Of a stretch of 32,000 nucleotides of DNA, positions 15,179 to 24,759 are shown piece by piece. A model generated the notes under the pieces. The model was given only the letters and a program-made list of their open reading frames with translations, was not told where the DNA came from and did not search any database. The position numbers were made by a program, and so were the translations under genes. Source of the stretch: Candidatus Jordarchaeales archaeon. GTDB taxonomy: Archaea; Asgardarchaeota; Jordiarchaeia; Jordiarchaeales; Freyrarchaeaceae. The number at the start of each line of letters is the position of its first letter. Positions within the stretch are counted from its first letter, which is position 1. Where the stretch lies: positions 284,356-316,355 of the forward strand of contig JAWAHN010000002.1 of NCBI GenBank assembly GCA_038889235.1. The letters are read 5' to 3'.

Positions 15179-16081
15179 TTAAAGGCTGAGTATCGTTACT
15201 AATATGATCATGTATGTTGCGTGGGCTGCTATCGTTGTTAGCAGCCTGTAGTCTCTTGCTTGGAAAATTGCTCCAAGTGTCAGGGAGAGCACGATGTATG
15301 TTGGAAGCGCTAGAATGATTCCTATGATTCCTATTTCCAGCAGCCCTGTGCTTGTTGCTGCCCTTTGTGGGTACAGTACTACGTGGATTAGGGAGAATAT
15401 TAGCGCGGCTGCTACTAGTCCCCTCCATCGCCCCCAGCTTTTTTCGAGTCCTCGCTGCAGGAACCCCCTAGTTGCGACTTCCTCGCATGGGGCTACAAGT
15501 AGCGTTACGGATGCCAAGAGTAGTAAGAGTTGTGCTGGGTTGGCTGCCATGAATGGGAGCGTGATCTCCGATAAGAATTCCTCTGTGAGCCATAGTAGGA
15601 GCGCGCCTAGTACTGTGCCGTAAAGTACCTGAAGCACTGGTAGTAGAACTAGTGACGTCATAATGGTAGTGATGGTTCCAGCTATTGTCATGCCCATCCC
15701 CGTTAAACATCCCACCGCTATATCTGTCAGTGCAACTCTTTTGCCCCCCGTTCTCAACCCCAGTTCACTGTACGGGATTCCTCTAAGCTTGAGGTATAGT
15801 AAGGGAGTGGCTAGAAGGGACAGTTCTCCAAGTGTGACGAAAAACAATAGTTCTGGCGGCGTCACAATCATCAGCTTAACTTCATACCCGCCGTAAAGTA
15901 TGTTGAAGCTTAGTCCCACCCTCAGGAGTAGAAATGGGTTCATGCTCATTATCATCGACAAGCCTACAATGAATAATATTTCTTGGAATAAGAAGAGGAG
16001 GAGTATCGACAAAGCATACACGAGCAGTGCTTCAAACCAGCCCCAGGTTACTCCACCGTCCGCTTCACGGCTCAAAATCAT
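15179..16081 (-). CDS. CPBP (Abi/CAAX protease-like) intramembrane metalloprotease
   Basis: Motifs APCEEVATRGFLQ, IFSLIH and IAAHATY in a multi-pass hydrophobic protein. The start is placed at ATG 16081 after GGAGGA (ORF track 16129). Confidence 0.85.
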   Translation of the reverse strand: MILSREADGGVTWGWFEALLVYALSILLLFLFQEILFIVGLSMIMSMNPFLLLRVGLSFNILYGGYEVKLMIVTPPELLFFVTLGELSLLATPLLYLKLRGIPYSELGLRTGGKRVALTDIAVGCLTGMGMTIAGTITTIMTSLVLLPVLQVLYGTVLGALLLWLTEEFLSEITLPFMAANPAQLLLLLASVTLLVAPCEEVATRGFLQRGLEKSWGRWRGLVAAALIFSLIHVVLYPQRAATSTGLLEIGIIGIILALPTYIVLSLTLGAIFQARDYRLLTTIAAHATYMIILVTILSL

Positions 16082-16112
16082 CAATCCTCCTACCCGTCTA
16101 ACTCGATTAGTG

Positions 16113-17873
16113 TCACATCTTAACGACACTAACGATTTTTTGTGAGTTCACATCTACGAGTCCTTTCTCTGTTATTTTCAGGAAGGGTATCACTGGAAGA
16201 CTTATAAATGACAGCGTCATGAACGGGTCATGCATTCTGCACCCAAGCTCCCTCACCGCCTTGAGTAATGCTCTCCTCTTTTCTATCACTACTTCTGCGC
16301 TCTCAGAGCTCATGAGTCCTGCCACATCTAAGGAGAGCGAGCCCAAGACTTTTCCTTCGTTGACGACGACCATACCCCCTTGCATCTTCACAACTTCCCT
16401 GACCGCCACAGCCATGTCCCTCCAACTGGCTCCAACAACGACTAAGTTGTGTGAGTCGTGGGCCACGGTCGATGCAAGGCTCCCCGAGTGAAGGCCAAAC
16501 CCTCTAACAAACCCCAACCCAACTTCCCCTGTCCCCTTATGCCGCTCTAGAACGGCAACCTGGAGCACATCGTCACTTGGGCTCGGCTCAACCACTCCCC
16601 TAATAACCTTCAGCTCCGCCTCTTCCTCCCGCGTGATAATGCTCCCCTCCTCGACCCTTATCACCCTCACCGTAGCGATGTCTCCTTGGTATCTCACCTT
16701 GAAGATGTCCTCACTTACCTCCCGTGGGACACGCACACTGCTCCTTATCCTATCCGAGTAGCTAAACCGTTTAAACTCAACAGTTAGCCTTCCGCCCTCA
16801 GCCACCAACCTACCCCCCACGAGCACCTTTTCAACGCTGACCTTTTCAAGACTGCTGACTACCGCGATATCGGCCCTCCTCCCCGGAGCTATACCGCCAA
16901 GGAAGCCGTCAACTCCCAGGTAGACTGCTGTGTTTAAAGTCGCCATCTGGTATGCCCTAACAGGATCAACCCCCTCCTCAATACTCCTCCTCACACGCAG
17001 GTTCATGTGCCCCTCTTTAAGATCTTCAGGGCTTATGTCGTCGCAAGCCAAGAGACAGTTTCTCGTGTCCAATTTCATTTTAACCACTGGCTTTAGTAGC
17101 TCTGAGAGGTTCTTAGACGCAGTTCCTTCCCTCACTATCAGAAACATTCCCCTCCTAAGCTTCTCAAGTCCCTCTCTGCCAGACGTGCTCTCATGATCAG
17201 ACCTTATCCCGGCAGCAATATAGGCGCACAACTCCTTCCCCAAGAGACCAGGACAGTGTCCATCGATAACCCTCATCCCCTGAGCCGCACTTAGTTTGGC
17301 CACAACCGACGAGTCTAATCCGAGAACCCCGGGGAAGTTCATCATCTCCCCAAGCCCTATAACTCCCTCCTCTTTTCTGAGGATCTCTATCTCCCTAACT
17401 CCTATCTCGCCACCAGCCCCTCCAAGCCGGGGGTCAGAGGCCGGGACGCAGCTCGGTATTACTATAAAAAAGTTTAGCGGGAGACCCCTGACTTCTCGAA
17501 GCATTTCAAGCACTCCGTTGACGCCCGCAACGTTAGCCACCTCATGTGGGTCCCAGACGACGCTAGTCGTACCATGTGGAAGGCAAAGCCGCGCAAACTC
17601 GGTCGGCGTAATCTGACTACTCTCAACGTGGACATGTGCGTCGAAAAACCCTGGAGAGATATACATGCCGCTTACATCCAGGACCATCGTGCCATTTCCA
17701 ATGTGCTCTTTCACGTCGCCGACGCAAACTATCCTGTCCCCCTTAATAGCAACGTCGGCTCTCTCCAACTCGCACGTGAAAACGTTGATGACCTCCCCAC
17801 CTAGCAAAACCAAGTCGGCTTTCACATGTCCCAGAGCGGCCCTAACAACATCCTCCAGTCTCACATCTACCAC
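16113..17873 (-). CDS. ade: Adenine deaminase
   Basis: Motifs DAHVHVESS, WDPHEVANV, LGEMMNFPGV, DGHCPG, SDHE, REGTASKNL and STVAHDSHN. Confidence 0.93.
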   Translation of the reverse strand: MVDVRLEDVVRAALGHVKADLVLLGGEVINVFTCELERADVAIKGDRIVCVGDVKEHIGNGTMVLDVSGMYISPGFFDAHVHVESSQITPTEFARLCLPHGTTSVVWDPHEVANVAGVNGVLEMLREVRGLPLNFFIVIPSCVPASDPRLGGAGGEIGVREIEILRKEEGVIGLGEMMNFPGVLGLDSSVVAKLSAAQGMRVIDGHCPGLLGKELCAYIAAGIRSDHESTSGREGLEKLRRGMFLIVREGTASKNLSELLKPVVKMKLDTRNCLLACDDISPEDLKEGHMNLRVRRSIEEGVDPVRAYQMATLNTAVYLGVDGFLGGIAPGRRADIAVVSSLEKVSVEKVLVGGRLVAEGGRLTVEFKRFSYSDRIRSSVRVPREVSEDIFKVRYQGDIATVRVIRVEEGSIITREEEAELKVIRGVVEPSPSDDVLQVAVLERHKGTGEVGLGFVRGFGLHSGSLASTVAHDSHNLVVVGASWRDMAVAVREVVKMQGGMVVVNEGKVLGSLSLDVAGLMSSESAEVVIEKRRALLKAVRELGCRMHDPFMTLSFISLPVIPFLKITEKGLVDVNSQKIVSVVKM

Positions 17874-18811
17874 CCCGAAGAGTATGGTCCAGCGAGAAAA
17901 GCCAGAATGCCAAAGAATGCACCAACCTTGTCCAGTAAGCTTGCCCTACTCTGAGCCTCACGAGAAGCATACTTCATTAAGATCAGCACGGTTGAAGCAC
18001 CTACAGCGGCGACGCCTGGAAAGCAAAACGGGTAAAACCAGAAACCGAGAGTTTTAACAGGCCAAGACCCAAGGCTGTCTAAGATTGGACATGCGATGAA
18101 ACACAGTATCCCTATGGCGTTGAACGCTGCGCCAGCGTAAGATGCGGTCCTTAATCCGTAAACTCTTGCAATGGTCCTAGCGCCTCTAACAGCATCCCCC
18201 TCCACGTCTTCCATGACCTTTATTATCTCCCTCCCCTGCAGAACGCAGAACGCAGTTAGGAAGAAGAGTAAAACCATTGAGGGGAGGTAAAACAGACCGT
18301 AATCACTAGACACCACAAGAGAGCCGTAAATGTACCCGAAAGCAAAGCTGAAGGAAACAACGAAGTTACCAAGCAAACCTAAAACCTTGACCTTTGCAGC
18401 ATAAAGCAGCCCCAGAGTAGAGAAAATGACGGCTAAGACGCCAGATGGAACGCTTATCATGAACGCTAAGACGCAGCCGGTGAACCAAAGCACCGCAGCC
18501 AGCACCTTAGCCTCCCTGACACTCATAGCCCCGCGAGGCAGGGGCCTATTGGGCTTATTGATCCTATCGACTTCCACGTCATATATGTCGTTTACGACAT
18601 TCCCAGCGGCAGCTATGAAGAAATAAACTAGGTAGGCGAGTATCCCCATCTCCCAAAACCTGTTAGGAAAAATCCAGAACCTAGGCCAAAGCCAGTTTAA
18701 GAAGAAGAAACCAAAGGAGACCTTTGAAACCTGAAGGGAGGAGATAACGGTCAACCCGCCCATAAAACAGTTATGCGGACGCGTAATTTCCAGCAAAGCC
18801 CGTAACTCCAT
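17867..18811 (-). CDS. UbiA-family prenyltransferase, probable digeranylgeranylglyceryl phosphate synthase
   Basis: Motifs ITRPHN, NDIYDVEVDRINKPNRPLPRG and REIIKVMEDVEGD; multiple TM segments. Confidence 0.85.
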   Translation of the reverse strand: MELRALLEITRPHNCFMGGLTVISSLQVSKVSFGFFFLNWLWPRFWIFPNRFWEMGILAYLVYFFIAAAGNVVNDIYDVEVDRINKPNRPLPRGAMSVREAKVLAAVLWFTGCVLAFMISVPSGVLAVIFSTLGLLYAAKVKVLGLLGNFVVSFSFAFGYIYGSLVVSSDYGLFYLPSMVLLFFLTAFCVLQGREIIKVMEDVEGDAVRGARTIARVYGLRTASYAGAAFNAIGILCFIACPILDSLGSWPVKTLGFWFYPFCFPGVAAVGASTVLILMKYASREAQSRASLLDKVGAFFGILAFLAGPYSSGW

Positions 18812-18988
18812 GATACCACCAGACAGTCGTAATCCTGTAAATGAGTAGTAAAAAGTTTTACGTCAAAACGTCCTCAAAACGCAGCTCTACTGGTCTCTTG
18901 CAATATCATCCCACATATATTCACATATTCACTATATATAATATTTCGGCAAAATATATATTGGATTTTTTATCCCTTTTATGCCGGG

Positions 18989-20662
18989 GTGATTGAAGTG
19001 GAAGTGTTGGAGTTAAAGAAACCTGGCAGAAAACTTACAGTGGTTATGGTTGAGAAAGAGTACAACGAGGTGATCAGGGAGCTCGAAGTTACTGGAAATG
19101 GTGAAGCGCTCGAGCCACGGGTTCCAACACCAGCCTTTAAGGAGTTCCTTAAGAAGCTTGTGATAGCGGTGAAGCCTGACTTCGCAACGGAGGAGTTAGG
19201 TGACCGTGATCCTAAGAAAAAGACTGAGCTTGCGGAGGTCTTCGAGCAGCTAAAAATCCCATTCTTCACAGTTGATATCGATGAAAACGCGAAGAACTAC
19301 TTGCTCCACGAACTAGACACGATGAAAGACAAACTGAAGGAAACACTTGAAACCTTGATAATGTTGAGAGAAAAAGGTGGACGCGAAGTAGACATAGACT
19401 ACCTGGCAGCTTACGCAGACTACTTGAAGGACATTTTAAAGGAGAGCGCTGGCCGCATTAAGCGCGAGGTCAGACCAGCCTGGATAGTTAAAGGCATAGT
19501 TGACGCCGCTGAGAGCATTGCAGGTGGCAAGAAGGACCTAACTGGTATTCATGTGTGCTCTCCAGAGCACTTAAACGAGGTCACAAAGCTCCTAGAATCA
19601 CTTGGTGTTAGGGTTGAAGTAGCTTCCATGAAAAAAGAATATGTTGTCGAGGAGGCTACGGGCAGCAGCCCTGCCTCCATAAAAGTTAAAGTTAGACCAG
19701 TTATTAGGGGAGCCGTAGAAAAATTTCCCTACATCCTTTTCTTTCTGACGACTGACGAGATAGCGAGTCCCTTCGACATATGCATGGCGTACGACGCTGG
19801 CTTCGACACCGTGAAGACCTACGAGTCTGTGACCCCTGAAAAGGCAAAGGTCATAGTTCAAGACGCAATATTTTCACGCGGGACGAAGGGAGTTAAGTAC
19901 ACGTGCTTCTTCGTGAGCGGAAGGGAAGTCGAGAAAGTTGAAGAGGTAGCTGAAGTAGTCAGAAAAACCATGTTCAAACCATTCAAGACATCGGTTGTCG
20001 TGGATCCAAGGGGGGCCTACACCACTGCGGCCGCTATGATAGCTAAAGCAGAAGAAGGACTTCAAAAAGTCGACCTAGGAGATCTTGCAGGTAAATCCTG
20101 CGTAGTTTTCGGGACAGGGCCTGTCGGAGTAATAGCCGCCGTGCTCCTGTCTAAGCTTGGATGCAACACTGTGATAGCTGAGCCATACGAGAAGCTTAAC
20201 CAGGCGTACGTTGACTCTGTCGTAAACAAGCTTAGAGAGAAATACGGGGTTAACGTTAAGGGAGTTTTCGCTCCAACCAAGCTTGAAAAATCAAGCATTG
20301 TGCAGAATGCGGACGTAGTTTTCGCCGCCACGGCAGCCGGAGTCAGAGTTATTGATGCATCAATAATTGAAAAGCTGAGAAAAGTCACGGTGTTCGTGGA
20401 CATAAACGCCGTTCCACCGTCTGGAGTTGAAGGCGTGGAACCCAGGGATGACATGAAAGAGATAAGACCAGGGATATACGGCATTGGTGCGCTAGCCGTA
20501 GGAGACCTGAAGTACAAAGTTGAAATGGAGATGCTGAGGGATGCCAGGCTAAGCGGTGACGGATTCTTCGACTACAACTACGCGCTTGAAAAAGCAAGGG
20601 AAATCCTTAGAAGGAAAGTAGAATTAGTGCAGCCATTCGCTCTCACGATCTCGCGTCAATAG
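18989..20662 (+). CDS. NAD(P)-dependent methylene-H4MPT dehydrogenase (MtdA/MtdB-like) fused to an N-terminal TraB/ChaN-like domain
   Basis: The C-terminal ~310 aa carry SPFDICMAYDAGFD, QDAIFSRG, DPRGAYTTAAA, GTGPVG and DINAVPPSGVEG. The N-terminal ~215 aa carry KPDFATEEL, IPFFTVDID, RPAWIVKGI and HVCSPEHLNEVTKLL. Confidence 0.85.
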   Translation: MIEVEVLELKKPGRKLTVVMVEKEYNEVIRELEVTGNGEALEPRVPTPAFKEFLKKLVIAVKPDFATEELGDRDPKKKTELAEVFEQLKIPFFTVDIDENAKNYLLHELDTMKDKLKETLETLIMLREKGGREVDIDYLAAYADYLKDILKESAGRIKREVRPAWIVKGIVDAAESIAGGKKDLTGIHVCSPEHLNEVTKLLESLGVRVEVASMKKEYVVEEATGSSPASIKVKVRPVIRGAVEKFPYILFFLTTDEIASPFDICMAYDAGFDTVKTYESVTPEKAKVIVQDAIFSRGTKGVKYTCFFVSGREVEKVEEVAEVVRKTMFKPFKTSVVVDPRGAYTTAAAMIAKAEEGLQKVDLGDLAGKSCVVFGTGPVGVIAAVLLSKLGCNTVIAEPYEKLNQAYVDSVVNKLREKYGVNVKGVFAPTKLEKSSIVQNADVVFAATAAGVRVIDASIIEKLRKVTVFVDINAVPPSGVEGVEPRDDMKEIRPGIYGIGALAVGDLKYKVEMEMLRDARLSGDGFFDYNYALEKAREILRRKVELVQPFALTISRQ

Positions 20663-21663
20663 AAACTCCTGTCTATCACTATCTCCGCCACGTCCACGGC
20701 ATATTCCCCTATTTTTTCCATCGACTTTTGTATAGAACACGTGGCGCATCCTATGTAAGGGTCTGATACGCTTACCAGTCCCTCTGAAACCTTAAGCGAC
20801 TTCTCCTGTACCTTTGGCCACTCTTCATCTATAATCACGTTCGCCACGTCTAGGTTCTCAGAGAAGAACGCCTTAACAGCGTCATCGTACATTTTTAACG
20901 TGTGTTTCCCAAGGTCTACAAGCATAGCTAACAAGTTGCCCGTCAACCTTTTACTACGCCCATGCAAAAGCATATGCGTTTTAGCTATTTCAGAGGCGCA
21001 GTCAGCGGCATGCTCTATTTTACTGATCAAAGTCTGGTAGTCTAAGCAGTCCACGCTTTCTATACCCAACCTCTCCGCGAGCATGGGATCATGCACTGCT
21101 TTTTTCAAAACCCTCAAGAGGAAGAATAGGAAGTTGTCGACGTCGTCGTCGAGAGTGTAAACAGCCTTAGCTATGTCTAAAGAGTCCTCTTCTAGTGCCC
21201 TAATGGCACTTTCGCACATAGAATAAGCCACGGAGTGCATACGTCTAATGCTCATGTTCAGCGAGACCTTACTTTCATCTAGTGCCGCCTCAAGGTACAT
21301 GTGCTTGGAAGTCGACTCCATGACCCTAAGGTAGAGCATCCTTGCCACTTTCCTTATCCCTTTTTGCTGCGCAGAAGACAGCACACCATCAGACTTAACC
21401 ACGATACTCTTGTAGCCGTTTAAGTAGCACGCTATTATCTTCCTTGAAAACGACGCAAATTGTTCATCTTTACCGACCACGATCTCTATGTGTCTATCCT
21501 CCCTCTCCGGGAAGGTGACGGGTGACAGAACTAACGCGCCGTCCCGTCTCACCGACAGAGAAACAGCATCCCCTTTCTTCAATTTGTGAAATTCAAGCCA
21601 CTTCTTCGGTAATGAGACGACGAGCGAAGACTTGCCAAGCGATATTATCCTACGGACCTCCAT
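20656..21663 (-). CDS. AbrB-N-terminal / PhoU-domain phosphate uptake regulator
   Basis: MEVRRIISLGKSSLVVSLPKKW (AbrB-like) followed by PhoU repeats (DDDVDNF, EHAADCASEIA, EKIGEYAVDVAE). The start is placed at ATG 21663. Confidence 0.85.
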   Translation of the reverse strand: MEVRRIISLGKSSLVVSLPKKWLEFHKLKKGDAVSLSVRRDGALVLSPVTFPEREDRHIEIVVGKDEQFASFSRKIIACYLNGYKSIVVKSDGVLSSAQQKGIRKVARMLYLRVMESTSKHMYLEAALDESKVSLNMSIRRMHSVAYSMCESAIRALEEDSLDIAKAVYTLDDDVDNFLFFLLRVLKKAVHDPMLAERLGIESVDCLDYQTLISKIEHAADCASEIAKTHMLLHGRSKRLTGNLLAMLVDLGKHTLKMYDDAVKAFFSENLDVANVIIDEEWPKVQEKSLKVSEGLVSVSDPYIGCATCSIQKSMEKIGEYAVDVAEIVIDRSFY

Positions 21664-21754
21664 CCAACCCACCGTGAATATGTCTCGAGAGACAAGGTAT
21701 ATATCTATTTTGCAAACTATTGGGTATATATACGAAGCTGGAAAGGTGTCGGAC

Positions 21755-22165
21755 ATGCGCGTCTACCTCTCGGCACCACTATTTTGCGAGGCTGAACGCT
21801 CCTTTAACGATAAATTGGCAACAAGGCTTCGTGAAGCTGGGTTCGACGTCTGGTTACCACAAGAAATAGCCGTTTTAGGGAGCTGGTCTGAGGAAGAGAA
21901 AAAACACATTTACGAGTCAAACATCTCAGCACTTGGGAGCAGCGATGTAATAGTTGCGGTGCTTGACGGAGCGAGTGTGGACTGCGGTGTAGCCTTTGAA
22001 GTAGGTTATGCCACCGCGATAGGAAAACCAGTAATAGGCCTAAAAACGGACCATCGCGTCTTCTCAAGATTCGAAGAAGTTAACCTGATGCTCGAAGTCC
22101 CCATGAAAGCCATTTGCAAGTCGATTGATGAACTAGTCGAGCTTTTAAAGTCTTTAAGCATTTAA
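21755..22165 (+). CDS. Nucleoside 2-deoxyribosyltransferase family protein
   Basis: Motifs VYLSAPLF, VWLPQE and DCGVAFEVGYATAIGKPVIG. Start ATG 21755 after AAGGTG. Confidence 0.88.
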   Translation: MRVYLSAPLFCEAERSFNDKLATRLREAGFDVWLPQEIAVLGSWSEEEKKHIYESNISALGSSDVIVAVLDGASVDCGVAFEVGYATAIGKPVIGLKTDHRVFSRFEEVNLMLEVPMKAICKSIDELVELLKSLSI

Positions 22166-22641
22166 CGTCCCGACTTCCTCTAAGCGCCCTTCTTATTCAT
22201 CAAAACTGAACGCCACATAAGGGACGACGTGCAAACGCAATGGAACAAGTACATATTCAGCGACGATAAAATGTTTATAACGAATGGCAACCGCGCCGGC
22301 TTCATAGTGATCTTCGCCTGGGCTCAAAAGGGCACAAGACAACGTGAAAATCATGTGCCTTCGCCACTCTACAAGACACAGAAAAGTCAAAGACTACGGC
22401 TTGCTCAAGAAGCTCGGATATAAAACATTTGCACAACGACAAAATGTAAGAGTTCCCGGCCGAGAACAGTAGCCCCCGAAAGAAAGCAGCTTACTCTACT
22501 AAATCTACGAAGACATGCTACACGTACAATGACACATATCGTCGAAGTATTCTGTTCAAGGAGTATCAAACAACGATGAAAGACTTTTAGTCCCCAACTT
22601 ATTTTTAGTCACTTAAGAAAAAAGGAAAGTTGCATGTACTG

Positions 22642-22800
22642 CTAGATTTTCTCGAACATGTCCTTGCTTGCGCCGCACACTGGGCAAACCCAGTCGTCAG
22701 GCAGCTTTTCGAAAGGCGTTCCAGGCTTGATGCCCGAGTCCGGATCCCCTTTCTTCGGGTCGTACACGTAGCCACAGACCGTGCACCGCCATTTCTCCAT
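22642..22800 (-). CDS. Rubredoxin (52 aa; absent from the ORF track)
   Basis: Manual translation gives [52 protein letters not shown], with two CxxCG motifs. GGAGG SD. Confidence 0.97.
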   Translation of the reverse strand: MEKWRCTVCGYVYDPKKGDPDSGIKPGTPFEKLPDDWVCPVCGASKDMFEKI

Positions 22801-23099
22801 AACTAATCCTCCAAGCCGTCTACACTCACTAGTTTATCTTTTATACCTTTTTAGGTTTTCCTTAGCCAGGAAGTCACATCATAAAAGGTCAAATCCACAC
22901 CTGTCAAACAAAAAAAGAAACGAGCTAAGTAATCATAAACGTCTTCTTGCAACTCAAATTACTAGTCTTTTTCCATAGCAAGCCCTCAATTCGCTGTCTC
23001 TCTACTGGTGAACAGTATAAACCCCGAAAGTATATTTGCGGAAAATTTCTGTCACCACGCAGAACACCAAGTGGCAAAAATTATCTAACTGTCCCTCCA

Positions 23100-23522
23100 T
23101 CACTTCACTTTTTCAATTATTATTGCTGGGCAGACTCTGGTAACCCCTTGCATGTATTCAAGCTTCTTACAGAACTCGGCTAACTCTCCAGAGTTTTTAA
23201 ACCAGCACTCCACTAGGATCATGTGATCTCCGCTTGTAGCATAGACGCTCACGGTTTCCTTCATACCCTTAAGCTTCTCTACGACCTGCAGGTAACATTC
23301 AGGCTTAGTGTCTAGCCCTATCAATGTGTTTATTTCGAACCCCAGCTTCCGTGGATCTACTTCAACGGTGTACTTCTTTATCACTCCGCTTTTCTCGAGC
23401 TTCCTCACCCTCTTTCTAACGGCTGTCTCGCTCACACCAAGTGCGTCTGCGATCCTAAGAAATGGAGTTCTCGCATTTTCTCTAAGCATTTTCACCAATT
23501 CTATATCCGAAATTCGAACCAT
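23100..23522 (-). CDS. lrpA: Lrp/AsnC family transcriptional regulator, LrpA-like
   Basis: HTH ARTPFLRIADALGVSETAVRKRV. The C-terminal GLDTKPE, SGDHMI and GVTRVCPAIIIEK closely recall Thermococcales LrpA. Confidence 0.85.
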   Translation of the reverse strand: MVRISDIELVKMLRENARTPFLRIADALGVSETAVRKRVRKLEKSGVIKKYTVEVDPRKLGFEINTLIGLDTKPECYLQVVEKLKGMKETVSVYATSGDHMILVECWFKNSGELAEFCKKLEYMQGVTRVCPAIIIEKVK

Positions 23523-23844
23523 AAGTAGCCAAAATCAAAAGAAAGATATAAAATTATCGCACCATAATTCAATTCAAAAACTAACTTGGTTTATGGATAA
23601 AGGTTCACGATAAATGAATAAGTGGAAAAAGAGGCGATCGGTAGGTGTGTCGGAGTTAATAGAAAAGCAGGATTCGTGGATTTCCAGTAAGTGAAGAAGC
23701 TGAATTTGTCCTTTGAGATGAGAAAAGTTCTTAAAGTCTCCTTAGGAGGGCAGCTATTCCAATAGGTTGAGCTTATACCTGGGGGAGAAAAGCGTTCGTC
23801 ACGTGTCCGAGATTTTCTGTGGCAGAAACATGTCTTCTCCGTTT

Positions 23845-24666
23845 TTAAGTTCCCACCTTAAATCTTTCAGTCAGCTGTTTGAGTGTTTTGATGGCGCTTA
23901 GTGCTGCCAGATAGCTTGTTTCAGGGTTTTCGGGGGACGGAAAGTTCTGTGTTATGCAGGTGAGTTTTCCAAAAGCTCCTTCAACATATATCTCATGTAC
24001 GTTTTTCTTTATCGTCGGATCGGCGACTACTTTGACCTTAGTCTTGTCGGCTCCTATACCTGCTAGGCTTATGGTTAAGGCGACATTCATGCCTTTAGGG
24101 AAAAGTCTTGCAGCTTCCCTAGCAGTTCCCTCGAACAGGACTAGTGGTTCCTTCAGCTTGTCTAAGTCTACTCCTTTCTGCTTTACGTACTCGTTTCCTT
24201 TAAAAGCTGCTGGCGGCTTCCTTGTAACAAGCTCAACTCTTTCTATGCTTTCCATGGACGCAGCCTTAATAGCGTCTATACCGCTTACGGCTCCTGAGGG
24301 TATGTAAACGTGTACGTTCCTCTCTCTTACTATCCTAAGAATTTTCTCGTAAAAGTCTTGGTCGCTGAAGGCTCCTACACTCATCACCATGAGGTTCTTT
24401 CCCGACAAAAGGATCTTTTCACCATACTCTTTAACTGCTGAAGGAGCTGCCGCCTCAATAACTAGGTCGACTGAACGGTCACTTAGGATCTCATTCACAC
24501 TCTCAGCGACTTTTGGCTTCCCCTTAAGAGAAGACGCCAACTTGACCGCTTTCTCCCTATTAACATCGAAAAGGTAAATCAGTTTAACGCTTCCAGCCCT
24601 TCCTTCATCGATCGCTTTAGCAAGCGTGCTGCCTATAACGCCGCAACCTATTATGGCTACGTTCAT
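23845..24666 (-). CDS. nadX: L-aspartate dehydrogenase
   Basis: Motifs IIGCGVIG, VIEAAAP, MSVGAF, PSGAVSGIDA and NPETSYLAALS. The start is placed at ATG 24666 (ORF track 24684). Confidence 0.9.
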   Translation of the reverse strand: MNVAIIGCGVIGSTLAKAIDEGRAGSVKLIYLFDVNREKAVKLASSLKGKPKVAESVNEILSDRSVDLVIEAAAPSAVKEYGEKILLSGKNLMVMSVGAFSDQDFYEKILRIVRERNVHVYIPSGAVSGIDAIKAASMESIERVELVTRKPPAAFKGNEYVKQKGVDLDKLKEPLVLFEGTAREAARLFPKGMNVALTISLAGIGADKTKVKVVADPTIKKNVHEIYVEGAFGKLTCITQNFPSPENPETSYLAALSAIKTLKQLTERFKVGT

Positions 24667-24759
24667 CGAAATATCCCCCTTCATGGCAATGCATTATTAC
24701 GAATTTAGTAAAAAAGCTTCTCATTAGTAGAATAGGCCTAACCTTAAAGGGGTGCAGAC

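Noticed and set aside
21696-21733. Twin GTATATAT(A)C elements as a special operator
   Set aside because: Adequately explained as the two ordinary TATA boxes of the divergent PhoU-like and deoxyribosyltransferase genes.
23690-23750. GTGAAGA...TTGAGATGA as a second C/D sRNA
   Set aside because: No D box at a suitable distance after the C'-like motif and no terminal stem.
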